Positions 43,989 through 59,448 of a stretch of 64,000 nt of DNA are shown one piece after another. The stretch is from Eledone cirrhosa. Taxonomy: Eukaryota. The translations under genes were made by a program, and so were the position numbers. The notes under the pieces are model-generated. The model was given only the letters and a program-made list of their open reading frames with translations. It had not been told where the DNA came from and did no database searches. The stretch covers positions 281,418,001-281,482,000 of the forward strand of contig OZ024740.1 in NCBI GenBank assembly GCA_964016885.1, written 5' to 3'. Each line of letters opens with the position of its first letter. Position 1 is the stretch's first letter.

Positions 43989-44449
43989 CAAGGTCTAGCA
44001 AATAGAGAAAATATTTTAAAATAAATTTTAAAAAATTCGCAGTATTTACTATATATGCCTTTACAGCGGTTTCATGCTCCAGAATAAGCAGATTTTCATT
44101 GAGAAGGGAGAAATCTTCAGAGGGCTCTTCTCTCTCGGAGAATATAAAATTCCCCAGTTCAAATCACAAACTGACGCCATACAAAACCATTCCGAAATGA
44201 GAGCGAATGATGGAAGAAATTATTCTGTCAGGTGCCGTGTGCAAAGACAAAAGGCAGGGTGGACAGGTCAATGTCCTGCCACTAGAATTAGCAGCAGTCC
44301 AAACGGCCAAAATTGTATCTATACTTTAGGGGGAGATTATATAATAATAAAGTATGAATTCCTACATGTAAAAAATACATATAGGGAAACAAGTATTATC
44401 CAACCGTATGCCAGCGTGGTTCTATGGCGGGTTAATAAATTAACAAGCC

Positions 44450-44455
<6 letters not shown>
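43985..44455 (-). mobile_element. Diverged solo relative of the 483-bp monomer, with an HHR at 44057-44125
   Basis: Shares ggcgggttaataaattaac, aaatcacaaact and tagcagcagtc blocks with the array. HHR: gccct-CTGAAGA..GAAA-ccgctg-TA-aaggc. Confidence 0.7.
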
Positions 44456-44505
<50 letters not shown>

Positions 44506-44559
44506 TAGGTATTACCGAAGAGAAAGCAAAGAAAAAAAGTGATCCATGTATAGAACAGC

Positions 44560-47525
<2,966 letters not shown>

Positions 47526-47544
47526 ATATATATATATATACGAC

Positions 47545-47845
47545 GACGAGATGTTCCACTTGATCCGATCAAAGGAACAGCCTGCTCGTGAAATTAATGT
47601 GTAAGTGGCTGAGAATTTCACATACATGTGTGCACTTAACCTAGTTCCCAAGGAGAGTCAGCGTAACACAGCATGTGACAAAACTGGTCATTAGAACTAC
47701 GGATATAACTTATTTTTGCCAGCTGAATGGAGTGGAGTAACATAAAATAAGGTGTCTTGCTAAAGGACACAACGCACCATAGGGTATTGAACTCACAACC
47801 TTATGATTGTAAGCCAAATACCCTAAGCACACAGCCACGTGTCTT
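47545..47845 (-). mobile_element. tRNA-derived SINE, CORE-like
   Basis: Reverse complement: gtggctgtgtgcttaggg..gagttcaatac..gtgtcctttagcaagacacc. Confidence 0.7.
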
Positions 47846-48483
47846 AAAATATATATATAAGTAAAGAAAAAGTAACACATATTTCTGGTAAGTTCTGATC
47901 ATCTATACATCTGTTTCTTCATAAATTATATCCGAGTTCTACATTTATAAATATAAATAATTTATTAATTTTTAAATTAATTAATTTGCCTCAATAATCA
48001 AAAAATAATCGGAAATATAATTTGTTCTAGTTTTTTATTACGTGTACCTATGAAAATATATACAGAATATTCGTTGAATTATAAAACTATTAAATATCAA
48101 CAGCTAAAGATATTGAGGAACATAATAATTGAAACGCTTAAACACATTAAGTCTGAAATGGAAATTCGATTTGGGGATTCGATTAAATTTTACGATGCAA
48201 GTATTTCATAATAATAACATTTCAACAAAGCCATTTGCAAACTATTTCTAACTTCATCTCTATTAATGGCTATTACTGCTTTACATACAAAGTAAATGTT
48301 TCCCATATCTTCAACATTTTACTGCAAATTACTAATACGCACGACATTTATATTTTCTCAAAGGTTTTCATTAATAAATCCCATTGCTCTTTTCTTTAAA
48401 AGCTAAGTTGAAAATGTTTCAGTTTTATATTTCACCGATATGTCCAGTCATCCGACGTAAATATTGTCAGATGGGTAAATATT

Positions 48484-48595
48484 GGTTTCTTATATAGGCA
48501 CAGGCCAGCAATTTTTGGGAAGGGGAAAGTCAATTAAATCGACCCCAGTGCGTAACAGGTACTTTATTTTATCGACCCCGTAAGGATGAACGGCG
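48484..48595 (-). mobile_element. SINE 3' fragment
   Basis: ggtactttattttatcgaccccgtaaggatgaa matches the 17808 family core. Confidence 0.7.
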
Positions 48596-49272
48596 GTTTC
48601 CAAGTCATGTACAAAATATTCCGTTATTTACCCTTCAAAACCACTTTTTCTTAGAAAAATTGTTTAAACCTCTGCCTATAATAAGGACGTGCGAGTGATT
48701 ATCCCACCTAATTTTAAAACCTTTTAATGCACATTTAATTGCTACTAGGATAAATATCTATTGGAACGGTTTTTCGCAAGATTTAAATTTACATTACGAA
48801 TTAAATGAACATGTTACAGGCAACACAGAAATAACTATCGAGATATTGAATACAAATCAAAAGCAAAACTCAGAAAGCTAAATGTTTTAATATTTTAGAA
48901 ACCTTGATAGCTAAATTTCTGATAGGTATTCAAAACTGTTTTTCATACATTTAAAGTCCTTAGAAAATAGTTGTCAACTAAATTTCTTTTTCTCTTTATT
49001 AACGACTCTATATACATTACCCTCAGCAGCACTAACTCACTCCATAAATTTTCAATAACTCAAATTCATGTTACAATGATTTGAAATAAACCGCTATAAA
49101 AGAATTTTTTTTTCAAAGTATCTTTTTTAAATTGCAAGTATATCCTAAGGTGTATGGATACTTTAGTTTTACAAATTATGATAAAAATTAGAATCCCCCA
49201 CCCCTTATATAAAATAATATTTATTATCGAAACGTTTAACTAGTACAAACTATTGAATACATTAACATTACG

Positions 49273-49303
<31 letters not shown>

Positions 49304-49898
49304 TATTTTTTTTTTTTTCGTTGATAACGCTGTAAAAGTTAATAGGCAAAATCGAAAATACATTAACTTGAGAACAATACATTAATGGAAAATATTTATC
49401 AACTGCTTTATGGCGCCTTCTAGAAAACTTAAATGAAATACTCAAAGAAAAATAATCATTTTTCACTTCCTATTATACCATATCAATTTTTCGTTAATTT
49501 CTAAGCTAACTGATAAAAAAGATTTCACAAAGATGTAATTATTACAAACTTCACACAGTTTTACCTCCTTTATAAACTTACTGTATGCGCATGTTGTAAT
49601 AGTTCTATCGTCTGCTACCAACATCCATGTATATACGGTCCGAGAGGATTGTATGTGTGTATCTACACGTGCATATGAATGTTTACATGCACTCATTTGT
49701 TGGTACATCCATCCCAATATTCCTGCACAAGTTTATCCTTTTTACTTGTAACAGTCTATATATATATATATATATGAAATACGTTCCTTCACGCACAAGG
49801 CGCCAAGGTACGCATTTTCATTATTTACTAAACCTTGTTTTTGATAGCGCTAGTTTGTGATTTAAATTCAGGAATTTTATATTCTTTGAATGAAAAGA

Positions 49899-49982
49899 AC
49901 CTTCTGACGAGAATCTCTCTTTGCAACGAAGGCCGTATGGTCTCCGTTTTATTTTTGGGATTCGAAACCGATCAGTAAAGGT
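49899..49982 (+). ncRNA. Type I HHR copy 1, one stem III mismatch
   Basis: acctt-CTGACGA-gaatctc..gggattc-GAAA-ccgatcag-TA-aaggt. Confidence 0.8.
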
Positions 49983-50381
49983 AACAATAGTGGGTAAAGT
50001 CAATTTTTTAAAATTTATTTTGAAACTTTTTCATTATTTACTAAACCTTGTTTATATTTGTTCTGGCTCGTTAATTTATTAACCCGCCATTGAACCACAT
50101 TGGCATTTGGTTGGACAATACATGCGTACCTTGGCGCCTTGTGCGTGAAGGAACGTATTTCATATTACTACTACCTCCACTAACGTTGAGAACAAACCGG
50201 GTCATTCCGACTGCTGCTAGCAATAGCAGTGGCTAGTTTGACCTACCTCCTTTTGCCTCTATCTTTGCTACGGCCCTTGATAAACCTGTTCTACATCATC
50301 CACTCTCATCCCAGGAACAGTTTTTGATAGCGCTAGTTTGTGATTTAAATTCAGGAATTGTATATTCTTTGAATGAAAAGA

Positions 50382-50465
50382 ACCTTCTGACGAGAATCTC
50401 TCTTTGCAACGAAGGCCGTATGGTCTCCGTTTTATTTTTGGGATTCGAAACCGATCGGTAAAGGT
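50382..50465 (+). ncRNA. Type I HHR copy 2, intact
   Basis: acctt-CTGACGA-gaatctc..gggattc-GAAA-ccgatcgg-TA-aaggt. Confidence 0.9.
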
Positions 50466-50864
50466 AACTATAGTGGGTAAAGTCAATTTTTTAAAATTTA
50501 TTTTGAAACATTTTCATTATTTACTAAACCTTGTTTATATTTGTTCTGGCTCGTTAATTTATTAACCCGCCATTGAACCACATTGGCATTTGGTTGGACA
50601 ATACATGCGTACCTTGGCGCCTTGTGCGTGAAGGAACGTATTTCATATTACTACTACCTCCACTAACGTTGAGAACAAACCGGGTCATTCCGACTGCTGC
50701 TAGCAATAGCAGTGGCTAGTTTGACCTACCTCCTTTTGCCTCTATCTTTGCTACGGCCCTTGATAAACCTGTTCTACATCATCCACTCTCATCCCAGGAA
50801 CAGTTTTTGATAGCGCTAGTTTGTGATTTAAATTCAGGAATTTTATATTCTTTGAATGAAAAGA

Positions 50865-50948
50865 ACCTTCTGGCGAGAATCTCTCTTTGCAACGAAGGCC
50901 GTATGGTCTCCGTTTTATTTTTGGGATTCGAAACCGATCGGTAAAGGT
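50865..50948 (+). ncRNA. Type I HHR copy 3, core A6G, probably inactive
   Basis: The core reads CTGGCGA. Confidence 0.75.
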
Positions 50949-51347
50949 AACTATAGTGGGTAAAGTCAATTTTTTAAAATTTATTTTGAAACTTTTTCAT
51001 TATTTACTAAACCTTGTTTATATTTGTTCTGGCTCGTTAATTTATTAACCCGCCATTGAACCACATTGGCATTTGGTTGGACAATACATGCGTACCTTGG
51101 CGCCTTGTGCGTGACGGAACGTATTTCATATTACTACTACCTCCACTAACGTTGAGAACAAACCGGGTCATTCCGACTGCTGCTAGCAATAGCAGTGGCT
51201 AGTTTGACCTACCTCCTTTTGCCTCTATCTTTGCTACGGCCCTTGATAAACCTGTTCTACATCATCCACTCTCATCCCAGGAACAGTTTTTGATAGCGCT
51301 AGTTTGTGATTTAAATTCAGGAATTTTATATTCTTTGAATGAAAAGA

Positions 51348-51431
51348 ACCTTCTGACGAGAATCTCTCTTTGCAACGAAGGCCGTATGGTCTCCGTTTTA
51401 TTTTTGGGATTCGAAACCGATCGGTAAAGGT
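51348..51431 (+). ncRNA. Type I HHR copy 4, intact
   Basis: Same as copy 2. Confidence 0.9.
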
Positions 51432-51498
51432 AACTATAGTGGGTAAAGTCAATTTTTTTAAATTTACTTTGAAACTTTTTCATTATTTACTAAACCTT

Positions 51499-51559
<61 letters not shown>

Positions 51560-51565
<6 letters not shown>

Positions 51566-54530
51566 TAAGTTAAGCAAAACAAGACCACAAATTTCACAAG
51601 GAAGACATTATTAAAAGATTGTCAACATAGTTTTAGTTTAATGTAAGGAATGTAGAGAATAATAATAATAATAATAATAATAATATTAATAATGTCCGTT
51701 TACAATTGTTTCGCTACTCCATATAATGTTTCCGGATCAAATGATTATAGATCATTATTGATCTGGTTCAGTTGAAGATAATTAACTTAGGTAAAATTGT
51801 AGCAGCTCATCGGAACTTCAAAAGGAATATAAATTAAAATAAAGAAAGAATGTTACATGAACCCATCTATTAGACATATAAGCCCAACCATATCTGACTT
51901 GGGTCGTATCTGTATGAACATCCTCGATAGCATCAACCCTGGGCTACGAGGTGATATCACCTACAAGCTGTGGTCCAACACCGGCCAAGTCATCAGATGG
52001 TTCTCCGATCTAAGGTCCAAGGAATCTATAAGGGTCCTTCAATTTAACATTGACAGCTACTACGCTTCAATACACGGCACTGCTTAACAAAGTATTAACC
52101 CTAGCCAGCACCAACTCTTACATAACCAATAACGAGGATGACATAATACTTATGGCTAGGCAGACCATCATTGACTTCAACGGCTCATTCTTGACTAGAA
52201 AGGACAGAAAAGACAACTTCGGCATCACTATCGGCTCAAGCGACTCTGCGCAAATCACCGATTTAGTTGGAATCTACCTATTACATAACATCAGAGCTGA
52301 AATCCAACCCTTGCAAGGCGGAATATATAGGGACTACGCCCTATTTGCAGTCCACAATTGCACTAATCGAGGCATTGACTTGCTCAAAAAACAATTATAT
52401 AGATTTTTTTTAATAACGGTCTCTCTTTTATCACCATCGAGCCGAACCATAAAGTAGTAACTTCTGGACGTTACCCTAGATCTTAACAATAACTTATATT
52501 ACCCTTATCATAAACCAGGTGAAATACTTACATATATTAGCCCACACTCTAACCACCCACCGACAGTCGTCAGAGCAGTAATCACATTTATCTCGTATAG
52601 GATCTCCATGCTATCCGTAAATGATGAGATATTTATAAACCATGCGGCATATTATAATAAGGCTCTTTCTGAATCTGGTTATAAACAGTTCATTTACTAC
52701 ATACCTAAATGCCATAACACAGCAATTCTCCATAATAAACTTAACACTAGAACTAGAAATACCTTAGCATATAGCCAGATTCGCCGGAATTTTAGCAGTA
52801 ACAGCACCTATACAGGGAACCTTAATGGTGGCAGAGGCCTACTTCCCACTCCAAGTAGCAGACTCAAAATCAACCCTAGAATAGAAATGAGCAATGGGAT
52901 GATAAATAACAAATGCCCAGGTAATAATAACCCTATGAAGGCCCCTGCCAACTCCACTAGAACCCCTAGAAGGAATAGGCCTAGAAATATCACCTGGCTT
53001 AACCCCCCATTCTCATATAACTTAGCCACTAATATCCCTAAACGCTTCTTCTCTATCCTATCTAAACACCCCCTCCCCCCAACCATAGATATTACAAACT
53101 CTTTAATAAAAACAACATTAAAATCTCATTCTTCACCACACCTAACCTAGCTAACCACATCGCATTCAGTAACCATCATAAACTAAGACAGTATAACTCC
53201 CACACCGCGGTACAACTACCACCCTCAAATACACCACGCCACTACACCAATACTTACTCTAGTAGCATACCTCCCCCATCTAATCCTTCTAGCACGCACC
53301 AACCGCATTGTTTAAACAACCCTACTCTCACTAACCGCAGCAGTAACTGCAACTGCCGTTACCCTAATGCATGCCCACTAAATGGACAATGCCTTACATC
53401 CAATATAGTTTCTAGGTGCACAGTTAAAACAGCTTCTCATACCAGCTCCTATATTGGCTCTACCTCTAACCCTTTTAAGGTACGCTATAACGCGCACTCT
53501 TTTTCCTTCCGAGACCCTAGCAATAGATGTTCGACATCTCTAGCTAGGCTCATTAAAAACCTTAAATTAACCAACATTGAACACTCACTAACATGGGATA
53601 TCTTGGTTACAACCCAACCGTTCAATGGACGAAGAAACTCTTGTGATCTCTGTCTTACCGAAGCATATTACATACCTCTATCACGACCTCTACCGATTAA
53701 TGATAGAACAGAGGTAACTATTAGCTGTCAACATCGAAGGGCTAATTCCTTCGCCAACAGAAGATTTGACCAAACATAGTCATCTATTCCCATTTTTGCT
53801 TATAGCTAATAAGTTAAATAGTTATAGCTAACTTAGATAATTATAAGTTACCTCCCTTACATTGTCTCTCAATTAAATTCATTAGCACTTCTTAACTATA
53901 AAACTACCCACAATTTCTAATTTCTCAAGGAGTTACTTCCCCTGAAACCACCCTTTAATTAGTAAGATAAATATGTCCATTGGCGGCCATCTTGTTACCC
54001 ATAGGCAGATCTCACATAATGCAGCCTCAACAGAAGAATATTGCTCGCCTATGGGAGACAATAGATATACCCAGGACACTATAGTGAAATACCAATATAT
54101 GGAACATTACATTCATGTAACATTCTTTCTTTAGTTTAATTTATATTCCTTTTGAAGTTCCGATGAGCTGCTCCAATTTTACCTAAGTTAATTATCTTTA
54201 ACTGAACCAGATCAATAATGATCTATAATCATTTGATACAGAAACAGTATATGGAGTAGCTAAACAATTGTAAGCGGACATTATTAATATTATTATTATT
54301 ATTCTCTACATTCCTTACATTAAACTAAAACTATGTTGTCAATCTTTTACTAATGTCTACCTTGTGAAATTTGTGGTCTTGTTTTGCTTAACTAATGAAT
54401 ATTTCCAGCGCTGTGCACCTAACTTCTGCATGAACCCAACCACCTAGCTGCATTCAACTGCATATTGCACATTGAGCACATGCCTTTGCGCTTTGGCTTC
54501 TAAATAATTCACCAATCTCTCTTCTCCTCT
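51560..54530 (+). mobile_element. Penelope-like element with inverted 5' pLTR (51560-51861 / 54112-54402); frameshifted RT and GIY-YIG at 51857-53770
   Basis: Motifs LQFNIDSYY, IGSSDSAQITDLVG, GGIYRD, LLDVTL, WLNPPFS, CNCRYPNACPLNGQCL, YIGST..FKVRYNAH and CDLCL. Confidence 0.9.
51698..51816 (-). ncRNA. HHR with CCGAUGA core and about 97-nt stem II region
   Basis: Reverse complement: gtt-CCGATGA-gctgct..agtagc-GAAA-caattg-TA-aac. The mirror copy at 54157-54275 has TAAA. Confidence 0.65.
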
Positions 54531-54577
54531 CCTATCTCCATCTCTCTCATTAAGATTGGTTACTCTTGAACTGTGTG

Positions 54578-54658
<81 letters not shown>

Positions 54659-54661
<3 letters not shown>

Positions 54662-54782
54662 TAGTTCTACAACAGTTAGTTCACCATACTGATAACAAAT
54701 GTTTCACCTTATTCGGGTCCTCAGTTGGGTAAAAAAAAAACAATTGTTCTCGGTGTGGTGAATTACTGTTGTGGAACTACTT
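54659..54782. repeat. Short imperfect hairpin, about 35-bp arms
   Basis: aagtagttctacaacag / ctgttgtggaactactt. Confidence 0.7.
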
Positions 54783-54992
54783 CTAATAAACTCGTCCCAT
54801 GGACTGAATGCTCTACTACTACGGATATAACCGACCAGTGTTCTACTATTACATAATACTTTCCACATAATACAATATAGTTAGCACCCCAAACGTATAA
54901 TTGGGAATATATTTAGGTATTTCCTAATGTTTGTTGAGTGAGATAGAAGTTGGTCAGAGTATCGGTAATAGCTTTCTCTGTTAATGTATTAA

Positions 54993-55054
<62 letters not shown>

Positions 55055-55060
<6 letters not shown>

Positions 55061-55488
55061 ATATTAAATAAATGGAAACTATATTTATAAAACGATATTT
55101 ATTCTATTATATATATTTCAAGGATACCAACAACTTTGCTACGCTTTTATCAGATGAAATACATAGTGTATTTTATAAATATTTCCTACTAATACAAACA
55201 CATATCTAAATTCTCCATAGCGTCTAAAATAACGTTTTTTCAAACATATACATCAAGCTCATTTACATATTCATTTGCATACTCATATTAACAATTTTGA
55301 AAAATCTGTCTCTAAGTCCACTATCCAAGGAAAACTTCAACCGTTAAGGTATGTTCCTTGGCAATGTCAACATTTATAAAACACACTTTGTATTTTATCT
55401 TATGAAAGCGTACCAAAGGTTTTGGTACCTATATAATAGAATAAATATGGTTTTATAAATATAGTTTCCATTTATTTAATATCATTGA
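55055..55488. repeat. Fold-back pLTR pair, family A, both HHRs decayed
   Basis: Homologous to 40733-40995 and 42228-42485. The cores read CTGATAA and CTTATGA. Confidence 0.75.
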
Positions 55489-55579
55489 ATATTATACTCC
55501 AGAAAACCTGTCGAGTTCTCTGAATCAGTTATAAACATTTATATTTGTTGAATTACCAACAAATTGAATATCCCTTATA

Positions 55580-55652
<73 letters not shown>

Positions 55653-55740
55653 GTTAAAGAAGATTCAATGAGTATATCAAAGAATGAGTTTTACAGTAGA
55701 TTGGAAGCACTCTATGGTAATAATTTTCCAGAGTTATTAA

Positions 55741-56039
55741 TATTAAAATACAAATATTAATAAAATAGATGTTCTTTTTATCAATTACATTTGAGTATAC
55801 ATATTTCAGATGTACAACAGTACGTCCTCATCAGACAAAATATAATGATACATGACATACCCTGAGATGTTAAATGGTTAAGATTTAATCAAGGTAGGAT
55901 ACTACTTTGATTAAATCTGAACCATTTAATATCTCAGGGTATGTCATGTATCATTATATTTCGTCTGGTGAGGACGTACTGAAATATGTATAATAAAATG
56001 TAATTGATAAAAAAAACATCTATTTTATTAATATTTGTA

Positions 56040-56046
<7 letters not shown>
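55741..56046. repeat. Fold-back pLTR pair, family B, with HHR remnants (55790-55842 minus, about 55957-56000 plus)
   Basis: Homologous to 16593-16750. The arms are reverse complementary. Confidence 0.8.
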
Positions 56047-56094
<48 letters not shown>

Positions 56095-56132
56095 AGGAAG
56101 TTATAGTTCAATTGAAGCATTGTGTAATGAGG

Positions 56133-57375
<1,243 letters not shown>

Positions 57376-58206
57376 AAGTGTGTGTAATCCTTGGTACAAT
57401 TAGGTATATTAAGACAGGGCGGAAGAAAAAATTGCTTCACTTGTGCTTTCAACAAATTTATTTTCTTCACAAAATCCGAAAAGAATTTTTCCTAAAAAAA
57501 TTATTTTATAAATTAAGTTCTTGGTTGTTGGTTAGGTCTTAGGAGTTCTTGGTTAACGTAGGAGGTATTGTTTCGTTTTTAGAAAGACCTTTCACGCTAA
57601 GGTGCGCTTGTCAAACTGATGTGTATGTGGTGTGTTGTTCTATATATAGGGATTTAACATGTCTGTGGTGTGGGGGGGGTTCTTTTCTCCCCCTTTAATA
57701 AGTGCATGGGTGTAGGTGTGTTGAAAAAGTGTTCATAGCAGTAATGAGTTGAGACGGTGAGTAGGGTTGGGTGGGGAGAAATGTAGCAAGTGCGGCCTGC
57801 CCCGGTCATTCCGGAAAAATTCCTTTATTCAGGGGAAAAAGCTTTTAGTATAGCTTTTGTGTTGAGAATGGTCACAGGCAAATCGCACCTGTCAAGTTTG
57901 TGAATAATTATTTTTTTCTTCTTTTTTTCCTGAAGAATTTTTCTACGTCCATCCCAAAGTTAGTCCTTTGTTCAACACACACATATGTGCGCATATACGT
58001 ACATACACACACGGGCATATGTAGGAATATATAGGCACACACCATCAATCACACACCCATGCACAAATACATCCACATACATACACGAAAATATATAGAG
58101 ACACATATAAAAACACACATATACATACGTACACACACGAATATGTACTCATACCTCCACATGGGTATATATATATATATATATACACACACATACACAT
58201 ACACAT

Positions 58207-58253
<47 letters not shown>

Positions 58254-58302
58254 CATATACATATACACACATATATACACACACACACATATATATATAT
58301 AT

Positions 58303-58337
<35 letters not shown>

Positions 58338-58418
58338 CACATACATACATACATATACATACATACATATACATAAACACACATAAAGATACATAACTAA
58401 ATATACATATATACACAT

Positions 58419-58458
<40 letters not shown>

Positions 58459-58464
58459 GTGTAT

Positions 58465-58495
<31 letters not shown>

Positions 58496-58616
58496 CATAT
58501 GTCCGTATATATATCCCTCCGTTCACACATACATGCATACACACACACACATACACACATACATCTATATATATATACACATATAAAGAGAGAGGCATAC
58601 ACACACATACATATAT

Positions 58617-58698
<82 letters not shown>

Positions 58699-58767
58699 GA
58701 TGAAATCGAAAATGCAACTGAAGTCTTATTTTTTTTTTTTTTTTTAAATATATATATTTATTTGGTT

Positions 58768-58805
58768 CCTTTACCGGTTTCGCAGTTCTTCTGCTTTTCA
58801 AAAGG
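58768..58805 (-). ncRNA. HHR-shaped motif with altered core UUGAAAA
   Basis: Reverse complement: cctt-TTGAAAA-gcag(aagaa)ctgc-GAAA-ccgg-TA-aagg. All stems are perfect. Confidence 0.55.
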
Positions 58806-59321
58806 TGAGTTGAGATGGAGTGTCTGTGGTTTTTCTCACATCTGGTTGTTCTCTGAATGTTACTTGTTTTATATGGAAAAAGTGGCTCGAAATTCCAGGA
58901 TTTTCGAGAAGTAATTTGATTGGTTTGTCAATAATTATAATAAATTTCGCGCCAGGTCGCGTTACAATAGTTCTTCAAATAAGAGAGGGGGGGTTGTCAC
59001 AGGTTGTTTTTTCGTATATGAGTGTTTGAATTTCTTTTTACTTTGAAAAATGAGGCTCACGAAGGCTTTTTTTTTGGTTGGTTATAAATGAAATTTGGCT
59101 ATCACGTGAACAAGTTTTTATTACATTTTTGCGCCCTTATTTGGAAAACTATTCTGTAGTCTTTATAGTGAATGTTATGACAATGGAGAGATAGTGGTCA
59201 AGAGAAAAGGGATTGGGAGAAATGTTCTGGTTCAGTGAATATGGCCAGCTCGCCAGGGTGTCAGAGTTCAGATTTTCTATTGAGACTGAAGATATGTATG
59301 TTTATTTGTGTGCTTGTGTGT

Positions 59322-59360
<39 letters not shown>

Positions 59361-59448
59361 TATTGGAAGATGATTCTATTAGTAGAGATGGGGGAGGGAG
59401 TTGTGTGTGTGTGTATATGGGTGTTATGTGTGTGTGTGCGAGTATGTT

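Larger units (their letters stand above)
49775..51503 (+). mobile_element. Retrozyme-like tandem array: about 3.5 near-identical 483-bp monomers, 40-bp 5' inversion, flanked by (TA)n
   Basis: Exact 483-bp period. 49775-49815 is the reverse complement of 50122-50162. Confidence 0.9.

Noticed and set aside
49821-51483. Repeated 72-aa minus-strand ORF (MTLPTIVTF...)
   Set aside because: It is antisense to the HHR, starts at a non-ATG codon, has no recognisable domain, and recurs only because the DNA is repeated.
54692-54732. Minus-strand CTGAGGA..GAAA-catttg-TT motif
   Set aside because: Stem I does not pair, so it is at best a decayed remnant.
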